Shown here one piece after another: positions 46,286 through 56,073 of a DNA stretch of 64,000 bases (position 1 is its first letter; each line of letters starts with the position of its first letter). The stretch lies in IMG/VR virus record IMGVR_UViG_3300031418_000007. One strand, 5' to 3'. Source of the DNA: a virus. Its lineage: Duplodnaviria > Caudoviricetes. The translations under genes and the position numbers were made by a program. The notes under the pieces are model-generated. The model was not told where the DNA came from, searched no databases, and was given only the letters and a program-made list of their open reading frames with translations.

Positions 46286-48349
46286 ATGTTTGATTATTTG
46301 TTCGATCCGAAAATAGAAGAAAAGGGTGACTACTACGTTATCCGCGGTGTCCCGTTCTATATGCTCTCAATGGATTTCCAGGCGGCGTACGGCACGAGCT
46401 ACATTACCAAAGCCATGATGAGCAAGATCAATGGATACTCTTTCCGTATCCACAAGTTCTTTATGGTTGAGTTCCACTACACGTTAATGAAAGTGATCCA
46501 CGCGAAACGGTTACGTACTCCGCTGGACAAACTCATTAAACTTCAGTATGTCATTGAAACGGAAACGTGGTTTGCTGAAACTATCACACCTAAGATCTAC
46601 GACAATTTCGATAAGGTCAAAGGTGAGTTCCACAGCGTTCCAGATTACAACCAAGAAAGATTCTTAAGAGAGTACGGCACGATAACACAGGCTTACTTTT
46701 TAAAGGGGTTGTTGTTGGATGCCAAAGCGGGGTCAGGGAAAACCTTTACCACGCTGGTGTGGTCGCGAATGACCGGCAACAAGAAAACGTTGATCTTGTG
46801 CCCCGACGGTATCGTGGACAGCGTTTGGAAAGCAGAGATCAACAAACACTTCAAGAAGCCACCGAAGTATTGGAGTACGTTAGACGGTACAAAAGTTCCC
46901 GATGACGCTGACTATTACATTATTCACTATTCAGCCCTGACTTCAAGTTGGGCGCCGGCTATGGAGAAATGGTTACGGGAACACGTCGCGAAAAACAAAC
47001 AGCCCTTTAACTTAATCATTGATGAATGCCACAACTTCAACGATGAAAAAGCCAAGCGCTCTCAACTGATCACCAGTTGGGCAGACATGGGGTTCTTTAA
47101 CCACACTGTACCGATGTCAGGAACGCCGCTCAAGGCGATGGGCCGTGAGTGTTATACTGTGTTCTCTCTTATCGACAAGTTCTTTACTTCGAATGCCCGT
47201 AAAGAGTTCTTGGATTTGTATGGTCGGAGTCGTGAAAACCTCAACGAACTTTTACGGCACCGTATTGGTCGTGCGAAGTTTACCATTCCTACTATTAACG
47301 GTATGGGACCTAAGCCGCCGATTACCACCATCCCTATCGATATCCCTAACGCAGAACGTTATACCCTGAAGAACGTGCGGTCAGAGATGATGCTCTACAT
47401 TGAGGAACGGGTAAAGTTCTATTACCTTAATATGGACGGGTACAACCGTTTCTTCTGGGAGTGCATTAACGGCTACGGCGAAGAAACCAAAACAAACCCT
47501 TCTGAAGAAGCTGATTACAATCGCTATGTCATGATCGTGAAACGCTTTAAACTCAAAGGCTTCCGTAGCTTTGACGCCGCTGATGTTCGTGACAATGAGT
47601 TCTGTAAGGCGTACGAAGAATTGGTTATGAAATGGTTGCCGCGTGACAAGGCCCGACACTTCAAGAATATACGCTCTGCGGTGAAGTACCTGGGCTTGAA
47701 AGTACGTGGTGAAGCATTGGGGAACGTATTAGGGAAAATGCGCGAGGAAGCGGCTACGGCGCTTATACGACATGCTGGATTACCTGATCTAGTACGCAGT
47801 GCCAAGAAGAAAACCTTGATCTTCTCCAGCTATGTGAATTCAGTGGTTTACTGTGCTGAATACATGAAGGGTGAAGGGTTTACACCGATTGCGGTTTATG
47901 GTGAAACTAACCATGATCGTGATGACAACCTCAAGCTCATGGAAACCAATGCGATCTTTAACCCGGGGATAGCTTCTTACGATTCATTGAAAGAAGGTTA
48001 TCATTGTACCTGGGCAAACCAAATCATCATGTTGAATCCACCGTGGCGCGACTATATCTTAGAGCAGGTAACTGCTCGCGTCTGGCGTAAAGGGCAAGAC
48101 ACGGAATGTTGGTTCTGGTTACTTGATTTGAATACGGGCGATGAACTTAATATCTCCAGCCGCTCTATTGACATCCTTAAGTGGTCAGCAGAACAGGTCG
48201 ATCAATTAATCAGTAAGGTGGCGGGTTATGGTGGTAATCAAGAGTTCACGGGTGTGATGGGTGCGGAGGTCTTTAAAGCGCCGTGGATCATTGAAGAAGA
48301 AAATACAGAACCTACTAAATACGTCTCTAATCCATTAAGCATATTTTAA
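46286..48349 (+). CDS. SF2 (SNF2-like) DNA helicase
   Basis: Walker A DAKAGSGKT, Walker B IIDECH, motif III MSGTP and motif VI QVTARVWRKGQ. Confidence 0.9.
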   Translation: MFDYLFDPKIEEKGDYYVIRGVPFYMLSMDFQAAYGTSYITKAMMSKINGYSFRIHKFFMVEFHYTLMKVIHAKRLRTPLDKLIKLQYVIETETWFAETITPKIYDNFDKVKGEFHSVPDYNQERFLREYGTITQAYFLKGLLLDAKAGSGKTFTTLVWSRMTGNKKTLILCPDGIVDSVWKAEINKHFKKPPKYWSTLDGTKVPDDADYYIIHYSALTSSWAPAMEKWLREHVAKNKQPFNLIIDECHNFNDEKAKRSQLITSWADMGFFNHTVPMSGTPLKAMGRECYTVFSLIDKFFTSNARKEFLDLYGRSRENLNELLRHRIGRAKFTIPTINGMGPKPPITTIPIDIPNAERYTLKNVRSEMMLYIEERVKFYYLNMDGYNRFFWECINGYGEETKTNPSEEADYNRYVMIVKRFKLKGFRSFDAADVRDNEFCKAYEELVMKWLPRDKARHFKNIRSAVKYLGLKVRGEALGNVLGKMREEAATALIRHAGLPDLVRSAKKKTLIFSSYVNSVVYCAEYMKGEGFTPIAVYGETNHDRDDNLKLMETNAIFNPGIASYDSLKEGYHCTWANQIIMLNPPWRDYILEQVTARVWRKGQDTECWFWLLDLNTGDELNISSRSIDILKWSAEQVDQLISKVAGYGGNQEFTGVMGAEVFKAPWIIEEENTEPTKYVSNPLSIF

Positions 48350-48364
48350 AAAACAACATAAAGA

Positions 48365-48394
48365 CTACTCTACTCCCGCAAGGGAGTAGAGTAG
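48365..48394. terminator. Conserved convergent-junction hairpin (variant)
   Basis: CTACTCTACTCCC-GCAA-GGGAGTAGAGTAG. Confidence 0.8.
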
Positions 48395-48411
48395 GAGTCA
48401 GCTAACCGTTA

Positions 48412-49059
48412 TTACATGGTTGCGTCGTAAGTCTGGTCATCCAGGCTGCCGTAGTCGGTAGTCGGGATAGTCAGTACGCTGGCGCCCACTGGTGCGAAGT
48501 ACACTGCATCTTTGATGTAGTTGTCTTCGAACTGGTAGGTACTGCCAACCAGGGTCACTTTCTTGTCGGTAGAGTCGAAAGTATACAGGAGTGCCGGGTC
48601 CAGGATTGCTTCGATGTTCGCGATGGTCGCGGCTGGTTTGTCAGCAGTTGGCGTCGCTGGATCGATTGGCGCGTGGATTACCAGCAGGGCAGTTTTACCA
48701 GACAGCTCTGGAACAGCAACCTGATAAACACCGGCGGTGTCGATGTGTTTGATCGCATCCAGGAATGATGCCTGATCGGTTACACCATCCAGAGTTTTGG
48801 TGGTGAAGGTGGTGACTTTCGGGTTGTTCAGCTTAGCGCGTTTGAAAGTCTGATTGTCGCCTTTCCAAGCACGAGTAGCAGACAGAATGCTGCAACTGAC
48901 AACGTCGGTACCGGCATCGATAGCGAGGTTGCTGATGGCAACGTCTGCTTCGGTCAGGTTAGCAAAGCGAGCAGCTTTAGCGGCGTCGGCTGCATAACGG
49001 GTCTGGTTGAATACACTGATTGCGTTAATAAACAACGCAATGGACTTCTTAGCGGCCAT
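48412..49059 (-). CDS. Putative virion (tail/fiber-associated) protein
   Basis: 215 aa, Ala/Thr/Asp-rich, with strong codon bias. Confidence 0.5.
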   Translation of the reverse strand: MAAKKSIALFINAISVFNQTRYAADAAKAARFANLTEADVAISNLAIDAGTDVVSCSILSATRAWKGDNQTFKRAKLNNPKVTTFTTKTLDGVTDQASFLDAIKHIDTAGVYQVAVPELSGKTALLVIHAPIDPATPTADKPAATIANIEAILDPALLYTFDSTDKKVTLVGSTYQFEDNYIKDAVYFAPVGASVLTIPTTDYGSLDDQTYDATM

Positions 49060-49114
49060 AATAAGTTATTCCTTTCTAATGAATGTCGACATATGTTTGA
49101 TGAAGCATAAAATG

Positions 49115-49396
49115 TCAGATGAGATAGAACAAAGATGCCCCAAAAGGTATGACCCAAAAAAGGTCAATATCGACTACTTTTCCCCCTAACAATATTTTAG
49201 AAAGAGAATAAGTTGATATGAAGCAGAACATAAAAGTTATGTAAATTGCAACGAATAAAAGGACATCTTTAAGGTGCGCAAGTTTGTCTTCACTGAATAA
49301 ACATATCGTACTGATCATCACTGAGAACAGAACAAGCGTGAGATGTCCGAGACATCCCAGTTTACACCTGGTATGGTATTTGAACAAATCAGTCAT
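49115..49396 (-). CDS. Small multi-TM membrane protein (holin-like topology)
   Basis: 93 aa with up to three hydrophobic segments; AGGAGG RBS. Confidence 0.6.
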   Translation of the reverse strand: MTDLFKYHTRCKLGCLGHLTLVLFSVMISTICLFSEDKLAHLKDVLLFVAIYITFMFCFISTYSLSKILLGGKVVDIDLFWVIPFGASLFYLI

Positions 49397-49488
49397 TCTT
49401 TCCTCCTAGGAAAACGGAAATGGATCGAATGCTGTGTGCTTTTTTATTCCCCATAGATTTGTAAACAAAAAAAAAAGACAAAAAAATA

Positions 49489-49517
49489 ACAGGGGAGACA
49501 ATCCGTCTCTCCCCTGT
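49489..49517 (-). terminator. Intrinsic terminator
   Basis: ACAGGGGAGA...TCTCCCCTGT, with long A-runs upstream that form a U-tract on the minus strand. Confidence 0.7.
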
Positions 49518-49532
49518 CGGCCGTTAGGCTAA

Positions 49533-50261
49533 TTAAAGCGGAAGCAGTAAACCCAGCTGAGGATGCAATCGCGCCGCACAACGTTGTGAGAGCATACCCA
49601 TAAAGATAACGGAATCATAGAAAGAAGGAATCTTCAATGATCCAGCACATGCAGGATGATAACGACCCTGAGGTTGCGCAAAAGGATCTGTTGATTTCTC
49701 TTCGCTCTTAGGCGCGGTAACTTTGTCGAGCGCAGCAGTAATATCAGACTGAAGATCTTTACGCAGGTTACTCAGTAATTCACGCAGAAGATCAGTCATC
49801 TGTTCTTCCTGCTCTTCTAACACCAACCCTTCGTAACGCTCGAAGTATTTCTTTTTGCGCTCTTTAACCGTACCTGCAACATCCTGTACAACGCGCAACG
49901 CAACGCCATCTGGGAGCTGAATGATATCGAACCGATAGAGAACATCATCGACTGAGAAGCTAGGAAGCCGCTCGTGAATGATGTAGCCAACCGGGGACTC
50001 ACCCAACAGTTTGTCGTAACACTTACGGTCGTTCCACTGGTAGTTATCGGAACGTGACAACTGACGCTGATTCAGTTCTTTGATCTTGCAGACCAACATT
50101 TCAAGATGACGACCCGCGTCGTGCGCCGCTTCTGCCAACTGTCGGTCTTTCAACGCATCGATGTAGTGCCCACGATTTAACAGCTCTTCCAGATTGAATA
50201 AAGGCATGATGGTTTTCTTTTCTTCCTGGACCTGACGAGAATCACCGCTATGTAAACCCAT
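49533..50261 (-). CDS. Hypothetical protein
   Basis: 242 aa with coiled-coil segments. Confidence 0.75.
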   Translation of the reverse strand: MGLHSGDSRQVQEEKKTIMPLFNLEELLNRGHYIDALKDRQLAEAAHDAGRHLEMLVCKIKELNQRQLSRSDNYQWNDRKCYDKLLGESPVGYIIHERLPSFSVDDVLYRFDIIQLPDGVALRVVQDVAGTVKERKKKYFERYEGLVLEEQEEQMTDLLRELLSNLRKDLQSDITAALDKVTAPKSEEKSTDPFAQPQGRYHPACAGSLKIPSFYDSVIFMGMLSQRCAARLHPQLGLLLPL

Positions 50262-50290
50262 GATGTTCTTTCCTTAATAAATGAGATTGA

Positions 50291-51184
50291 TTAACCGCGA
50301 TGTTTACCGCGAGAAACTTCAAGAACTTTTTTAGACTCTTTCTTAACACGACGTTTAGACATCTTAGACGCTTCGTTTTTCGAAAGAGGTGCGAGTCGGC
50401 GTTTAACGACTTTCACCTTAGTAACACGGCAGTCTACTTCATCGCCTAACTTCGTGACGACCATGTCGACTTCAGCATGCGCGTCACTGCCGAACTTTCC
50501 TGGATCCATGGCAATCAGATGGTTTACTTCGCTTTGCAAACTGTTGGCCGAATGGAAAACTGATTTAGCCGGGTCAGTCTTAGCGCTCAAGATATGCAGA
50601 CGATCACGCCGTAACCCACCTTCCAGTAAAGGTTGAATAGCCGGACTGTTTTCGTCTAACACTTTGCCGGTACCCGGTTCCCAGCTTCCACTTCTTAATG
50701 CGCTTAACATACCACCCAGGTTGTCACGCGCCTCGGGACTTTGGAAATCCCGGTGATGCTTCAAATTGCATAATCGACGATACATACTCGCCGCTTCTTC
50801 ACTCATCACGTGACCAGCTTCCAAGGCGTAGGTTTCGTCACTTGCCTCTTCAGCGTTAGGTTCGATGCCTAACTTCGGATTGAAAGTCGTGAAAGCCCGC
50901 GCCTGACCAGACATCATCAACCGACGAACCTGATCGCCTTCACTTACCTTTAACACGGTGGTCGGCCCACTATTCAACTCACCGAGTTTATTAACGAGCT
51001 CTCGCACTTCATCGTCTGATTTGTCAGAGAGATTCAGAACACCCACACCATTAACATCAACGGTGAGATCATCGAGTTGTTTTTGGTGAACGCCAGCAAA
51101 GTTGGTGCGCTTAGGATCTTCTTTAACAATACGCTTTTCTTTCCAGAACAGATTATGGAAAAAACGCTTAATAGATGTAAACAT
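50291..51184 (-). CDS. Hypothetical protein with DnaB-like remnant motifs
   Basis: Contains GGLRRDRLHILSAKTDPAKS and ends in RGKHRG. Confidence 0.7.
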   Translation of the reverse strand: MFTSIKRFFHNLFWKEKRIVKEDPKRTNFAGVHQKQLDDLTVDVNGVGVLNLSDKSDDEVRELVNKLGELNSGPTTVLKVSEGDQVRRLMMSGQARAFTTFNPKLGIEPNAEEASDETYALEAGHVMSEEAASMYRRLCNLKHHRDFQSPEARDNLGGMLSALRSGSWEPGTGKVLDENSPAIQPLLEGGLRRDRLHILSAKTDPAKSVFHSANSLQSEVNHLIAMDPGKFGSDAHAEVDMVVTKLGDEVDCRVTKVKVVKRRLAPLSKNEASKMSKRRVKKESKKVLEVSRGKHRG

Positions 51185-51245
51185 GGTAAACTCCCGAACA
51201 TGAAAAAAGAACAGACCAAGGTTTCCCTCAGCCTGTTTTATATTG

Positions 51246-52886
51246 TTATTTGCTATCGAAGTAGACAGCGCCCGAACGGTTACCCAGAATGATAGAACTG
51301 GTGTTGGCCAGAATCTTCGCCGTTGTCATGCCGCCTTTAAGTGCCGTGATAGACGCATACGCGGTGTCGAACACACCTAACTCTTCCGGTGAACCTTTCT
51401 GTCCAGTAGCCAGGTTAATGATCTCACGACCATACTGCGCAGGCACGGCCAGCAGATCTTCTACCGAGGCATTGACAAAGCGTTGGTCACCCTGAGTTAA
51501 GTAGATCCACTGAGCGTAACACACCGCTAATACATCACCTAACAGCGCCTGGTCTACATCACCGCCTTCCAGCTGTTTGTAGACCTCATAGCCTGCTTCA
51601 CGTAACGCCATACCACAACCCGGCAGAACACCATTAACCAGTGCTGACTTCACCGCCAAACTCACATCTTCAAAACGGTCTTTACGTTCTTTGATGTCGC
51701 TCAGGGTTTCGCCACCTACATATACGGTAACGACCTGACCTGCCAACTGCTGCTTACGCGTCTGGGTTGACTTACCCATCGGACTAAAGCGCGCGCCCGC
51801 ATTCATATCGTTGAGCGTGCGCTCAATCTCTTCGATACGGACATCGATACGCTTCTGAGTATCTGGACCAATGGTTTCCATCACGGTGTAGTTGAGGTTG
51901 CTGACCACACGCTCTTCACACTGACGCAGGGTGATCGACAACAGGTCGGTGAATGAACTCACCAGATCTGCATTCAACGCTGCGGCAAAGTCACCCATGA
52001 TCAGGCCACCCAACGTGCCGCCTAAGTTGGTGCTGAACACCACGAACTCAGTAGTGCTACCTTGTTGCTTAAGCAGTGAGTTAACCGCCATGACGTTACC
52101 ACAGAACGCCGTACTGGCCTGAGTAACCACAATACCTATCTTAGCCCCAGGATAACGTTTAGCGAGCTCCTGCGTGGTTTCTGCAAAGCTGCGGGTGTCA
52201 AAGGTCTGACCGCCGAAGTTCTGATTCACCACCGCAAAGTGCATGCCGGTAAAGGTCGTTTGTTGTCCGTTACGGTTTTCAGTGAACACAGAGTCCGCCA
52301 GTGACATACGCATGCGCAAGCCGTTACGCTTACTGACTTTATCTTCGAAGCTGTTACCTTCCTGCAAATCGAATTCCGGTGACTGATAATCGTCGTAGAT
52401 TTTCAATACCGTGTCAACGATGCTCTGGTCCTGGTTCGCAGTGATGTTCGCCACGTGACGCAGTTCAGCACTGCCAATAACCGGCAGCACAGCTTTCTTC
52501 TTCAGCTCCTCAATCAGCATCGCAGTAATGCGTTCGATCTGACGACGGAAGATAAAACCCGGATACTTGCGGAACAGGTCGTAATAATACTTGGTAAGGA
52601 AGATTGTGGTCGTGGTACCGTCACCACACTCTAGTTCGGTTTTGCGGGCTGCTTCGGCAATGATCTGGTTGATCTTGTCCTGGTGCAGGTTCTTGAACTC
52701 CAGTGACCGTGCTACAGTCGCGCCATCTTTGGTGGTCTTGACCGCCGTGCCTTCCTGGATAACCACAACTTGGCCATCAGGACCCATGGTGGAACACACC
52801 ACATCAAAGACATCCTTGACGGTATCGGCTACCAGTGACTGAGTATTCGCGACCGCGGTGAATTTATCTTCTGATTCTTGGAACAT
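51246..52886 (-). CDS. groEL: Phage GroEL-like chaperonin
   Basis: 546 aa; TMGPDG, TKDGATVA, GDGTTT, RFEDV (catalytic Asp region) and GVLPGCG; no GGM tail; no GroES nearby. Confidence 0.92.
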   Translation of the reverse strand: MFQESEDKFTAVANTQSLVADTVKDVFDVVCSTMGPDGQVVVIQEGTAVKTTKDGATVARSLEFKNLHQDKINQIIAEAARKTELECGDGTTTTIFLTKYYYDLFRKYPGFIFRRQIERITAMLIEELKKKAVLPVIGSAELRHVANITANQDQSIVDTVLKIYDDYQSPEFDLQEGNSFEDKVSKRNGLRMRMSLADSVFTENRNGQQTTFTGMHFAVVNQNFGGQTFDTRSFAETTQELAKRYPGAKIGIVVTQASTAFCGNVMAVNSLLKQQGSTTEFVVFSTNLGGTLGGLIMGDFAAALNADLVSSFTDLLSITLRQCEERVVSNLNYTVMETIGPDTQKRIDVRIEEIERTLNDMNAGARFSPMGKSTQTRKQQLAGQVVTVYVGGETLSDIKERKDRFEDVSLAVKSALVNGVLPGCGMALREAGYEVYKQLEGGDVDQALLGDVLAVCYAQWIYLTQGDQRFVNASVEDLLAVPAQYGREIINLATGQKGSPEELGVFDTAYASITALKGGMTTAKILANTSSIILGNRSGAVYFDSK

Positions 52887-52940
52887 TATTTACTACCCCT
52901 TATCTACTTATTGATTGAAATTGGTTACTACGCTACCCAG

Positions 52941-52948
52941 ATAATATA
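52941..52948 (-). promoter_or_regulatory. Early promoter variant TATATTAT
   Basis: Minus strand reads aatc-TATATTAT-ctgggtag, upstream of groEL. Confidence 0.65.
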
Positions 52949-52967
52949 GATTTATAATTAAATAGCG

Positions 52968-53387
52968 TTACTGCTTGTTTATGGCAACATCCAGGTAAGT
53001 ACACAAAGCGTGGGTGTCCGTACCAATGAATCCGTCACACCGTCTTTTAACAATCGGGTAGTCCTCGTTGAAAAACAGGAAGTTGTGTTTAAGCACCCCG
53101 TCTTTATAGAAGGAGATAAAACATTTCCCAGCATGGACGAAGAGGCTAATGTCCAGCCCATACACAATCGCCAAGTAACTGTTTTTGAGTTCTCTTTGGC
53201 ACTCAAACCGATCCAGCTCAGGCGCAGGGTTTGATTCCCGGTGCTTGATCCAGCCCATGTTGTTTATGGCTTCGTTTTGCTTCATGGAACGGAAGTGGTC
53301 TTCCAGGGTGATTTCGTTGAGGACGGTGTTACGTTTTCTTTTGTGTTGCTTACGAATATTTAACCACTGTTTAAGAATCTTTTTCAT
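52968..53387 (-). CDS. Hypothetical protein with basic N-terminus
   Basis: 139 aa; AGGGG RBS. Confidence 0.7.
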   Translation of the reverse strand: MKKILKQWLNIRKQHKRKRNTVLNEITLEDHFRSMKQNEAINNMGWIKHRESNPAPELDRFECQRELKNSYLAIVYGLDISLFVHAGKCFISFYKDGVLKHNFLFFNEDYPIVKRRCDGFIGTDTHALCTYLDVAINKQ

Positions 53388-53452
53388 ATAAACCCCCTAC
53401 CCCAAAACAAACAATATATCTGTTTTGTAGTTAAATAAAAATAGTTGATAAT

Positions 53453-53470
53453 ACCCCACCGAAGTGGGGT
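53453..53470 (-). terminator. Intrinsic terminator
   Basis: ACCCCAC-CGAA-GTGGGGT, giving a UUCG loop on the minus strand. Confidence 0.65.
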
Positions 53471-53477
53471 GCGTTTA

Positions 53478-54083
53478 TTAGTTAACCGTGATCTGGAACT
53501 CTTTCCACTTGAAGTCATCCATGGCGCGAGTTTGTTGTTCCACCTGCCAGTTCTTATGGAAGCATTCGATGTTTGTCATGATGCGCATTAACAAACTGTC
53601 TGCGTCCTTATGCAGCTCGTTGCCTTCATGCGAAATGGTGTAGAGCTCATCCATGACCTTAACCAGTTCCGTGTAGTGGAGCGGGATTTCATTTTTCAGG
53701 AAGTGTTCAAGCCCACCAATGATTTCCTGCTTGCCCTGTTCACGGGGAATAATGCGCCACATGTTGTCGCCTGTGGTGGATGTCTGGCCGTAACTTGCCG
53801 AAGGATATTGGTTGGCGAACCGGAAGTCATTAAAGAGTTCCTGATTCACCACTCCGGTATAGCCTGCAACTTTACGGTCCTCGCACCATTCCACGGGAAC
53901 CTGATGTTCTTTTTCTACTACCACCGGCAGAATGCGGAAACGCACATCTTCAATATCGAGATTGTGAAGAATGATGTTAATAACGATCGTTTGTAGGCTG
54001 GAAAACTGACGGAACCCACGATCAGCATCAACGGTGTACAGACCAATAACCGGTACAACTTGACCTACAGCATAACGTGACAT
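53478..54083 (-). CDS. Hypothetical protein
   Basis: Start moved to ATG 54083 after a GGAGG RBS; 201 aa. Confidence 0.75.
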   Translation of the reverse strand: MSRYAVGQVVPVIGLYTVDADRGFRQFSSLQTIVINIILHNLDIEDVRFRILPVVVEKEHQVPVEWCEDRKVAGYTGVVNQELFNDFRFANQYPSASYGQTSTTGDNMWRIIPREQGKQEIIGGLEHFLKNEIPLHYTELVKVMDELYTISHEGNELHKDADSLLMRIMTNIECFHKNWQVEQQTRAMDDFKWKEFQITVN

Positions 54084-54114
54084 ACGAACCTCCAACAAAA
54101 AATAAAGAGAACCG

Positions 54115-54134
54115 GTAAGGGGAAATCCCCTTAC
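54115..54134 (-). terminator. Intrinsic terminator
   Basis: GTAAGGGG-AAAT-CCCCTTAC with an A-rich flank. Confidence 0.6.
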
Positions 54135-54163
54135 ACGGCTCCATGTTTAAAACAGCTGCTTAC

Positions 54164-54871
54164 TTACTCCCACTCGCCAGTTGGCGCCAGGTGTTTCAGC
54201 AGTGTTGCCAGTGCGCCGTCAACATCTTGCGCATTGTGGAGACGCGTGATGGGTGCATCGCTTTCCAGCGTTTTGTAATCAGGTGCAAAGTCAATATTGA
54301 AACCGCGTGTCTGATTATAGAAGATCTGGAAACAACAGTTGTCGGTATGACCTTTCAGATATGCTGTACCAAAGACATACTGAAGGTGGAAAGAAATATC
54401 CACCTCAATCCGTTTCTCTGGCGTGTCGTGAATCAGTTTACCGTTAACAGTGCCTTTGCGATAACTCTGAGGTTCGAAGATATTCGTCATATCACTGATA
54501 TAACGCAGTTCACGATCCAGAGCACACACCGCATTACTGTAACTGGTTTTATCGCCAGCTGATGTTTTCAGAGTAACACCCAGTGGGTTAATCTTTTCAC
54601 CCGGCATGTCATGCGGAAGTTCATCAGCAGGCAGCGGTTCCAGTACATTAACAGTGGCGCCATTAAGCTGCTGTGCAAGATTGGTCGCTGTCTCACCTAC
54701 CATGTAGAGACGTGACGGTGCGCCTGGTGGTGTCATGGGTTCGCCTCCTAGCGGTGAGGACACGAGTTCGTCCAGAGGGCGAGCCTGTCGAGTGATCGCA
54801 CCTGCTACTCCATTGCTCTCGTGCGCTTCGGTTAATTTGAAGCGGTTTACATCTGCATCTTTGTTAGCCAT
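54164..54871 (-). CDS. Hypothetical protein with low-complexity Pro-rich N-terminus
   Basis: 235 aa; GGAG RBS. Confidence 0.75.
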   Translation of the reverse strand: MANKDADVNRFKLTEAHESNGVAGAITRQARPLDELVSSPLGGEPMTPPGAPSRLYMVGETATNLAQQLNGATVNVLEPLPADELPHDMPGEKINPLGVTLKTSAGDKTSYSNAVCALDRELRYISDMTNIFEPQSYRKGTVNGKLIHDTPEKRIEVDISFHLQYVFGTAYLKGHTDNCCFQIFYNQTRGFNIDFAPDYKTLESDAPITRLHNAQDVDGALATLLKHLAPTGEWE

Positions 54872-54889
54872 TCTACTTCTCCCGAATTC

Positions 54890-55222
54890 TTAGTGTGTGA
54901 TGTACTGTTCCATCTCTTTCTTGGAGATGAACCCAGTGACTTCCAATGCTTTCAAATCAGCCAAGCGTACTGCAACTGACATTGGCCAATTAAAATCAGT
55001 ACCTGCTTTTTCACGCAAATGTTCAATCAGGTACTCAATGTAATCTTTGGTGCGCAGAAACTGACTGCGCATCTTGGTTCCGTCCTTGACGATCTGTTTG
55101 ACTTCTTCAGCACGTTCAGGGGTGGGTGCTTTGATTCTCTCTAGGCTGACGTAGATAAAATCTTCTTCTACGTCTGGTTGTAGCCGGAACGAATCCGCAG
55201 AAAGACCTGCTAAATATGACAT
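54890..55222 (-). CDS. Hypothetical protein
   Basis: 110 aa ORF in an operon. Confidence 0.7.
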   Translation of the reverse strand: MSYLAGLSADSFRLQPDVEEDFIYVSLERIKAPTPERAEEVKQIVKDGTKMRSQFLRTKDYIEYLIEHLREKAGTDFNWPMSVAVRLADLKALEVTGFISKKEMEQYITH

Positions 55223-55235
55223 AATGACCTGCTTG

Positions 55236-55358
55236 TTATTTATTTAAGACAGCCTGAACACCACGGCTATCTTCTTTGCAATGCTTAACAAAACTTTTCA
55301 CGCCACCAACAACACAAGCGATAGCGATAGGTGCACAGAAAGCGATAATGATAGCCAT
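55236..55358 (-). CDS. 40-aa single-TM micropeptide (not in ORF track)
   Basis: AGGAG RBS; reads MAIIIAFCAPIAIACVVGGVKSFVKHCKEDSRGVQAVLNK*. Confidence 0.6.
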   Translation of the reverse strand: MAIIIAFCAPIAIACVVGGVKSFVKHCKEDSRGVQAVLNK

Positions 55359-55396
55359 GGTAATTCTCCTGAAAAGGGTATTAAAAAGGTTTTGTA

Positions 55397-55750
55397 TTAA
55401 CGAGCTTGTGACAACAACTGTTCCATCGTTTCCCGCTTGAGGATCTTCTGGACTTTTGGATCATAGACAGCGCGATCGATTTCCATCTTGACGAGTTCTA
55501 TCCCGCCTTTGTATGAAATGCTCATGCTGAAATCCATGCCGATCGCTTTCATGGTTTGAGTCAAACGCTGAAGAGTGATCGATTTTAACTTCATGTTTTT
55601 GATGCCCAACAAGGTGTTATAAGCAACACCCGAATCTTTGGACAACGACTTCACCGTGTCGTGCTGCGCATGCCGCTCAATGAATGAGCTGGTTTGAGCA
55701 TAAGCGAACACACGGACTTTCTCTAACATACCTTCGCGAACAATACTCAT
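55397..55750 (-). CDS. Cro/C1 (XRE)-type helix-turn-helix protein
   Basis: TVKSLSKDSGVAYNTLLGIKNMKLKSITLQRLTQTMKAIG fits the XRE HTH pattern. Confidence 0.7.
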   Translation of the reverse strand: MSIVREGMLEKVRVFAYAQTSSFIERHAQHDTVKSLSKDSGVAYNTLLGIKNMKLKSITLQRLTQTMKAIGMDFSMSISYKGGIELVKMEIDRAVYDPKVQKILKRETMEQLLSQAR

Positions 55751-55752
55751 AA

Positions 55753-56064
55753 TTAGTACTCCTGATTCAGGTAATACAGATTGTAACTAAAGTTATCACT
55801 CCACACAGCGGCAAAGCGATATGTTGATCCATCAGACATCAATGCGATACCCCGATAAGCATTATCGCTGGTTTTAACAACATCAATGACTTTAACACAG
55901 TGAGTCGAACGATTGTTCTCTGACTCAATGTTGTCAATACTGCGACAGTACGCCTTCTTGTGCGGAGTAATGTTAACTGATTCATCCGCAATAACCCAGG
56001 AGGTGACGCCCGCCAATAACAGCGCGGCGCCAACACCGAGTAGTAACTTCTTAAACTTTTGCAC
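55753..56064 (-). CDS. Secreted two-Cys protein
   Basis: GTG start after an AAGGAG RBS; signal KKLLLGVGAALLLAGVTSWVIA followed by DE; two Cys in the mature part. Confidence 0.75.
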   Translation of the reverse strand: MQKFKKLLLGVGAALLLAGVTSWVIADESVNITPHKKAYCRSIDNIESENNRSTHCVKVIDVVKTSDNAYRGIALMSDGSTYRFAAVWSDNFSYNLYYLNQEY

Positions 56065-56073
56065 GGTAACTCC

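Noticed and set aside
49533-49680. C-terminal GSLKIPSFYDSVIFM as a second DnaB motif-4 fragment
   Set aside because: Spacing differs from SGSIEQDAD and no other helicase motif is present; too weak.
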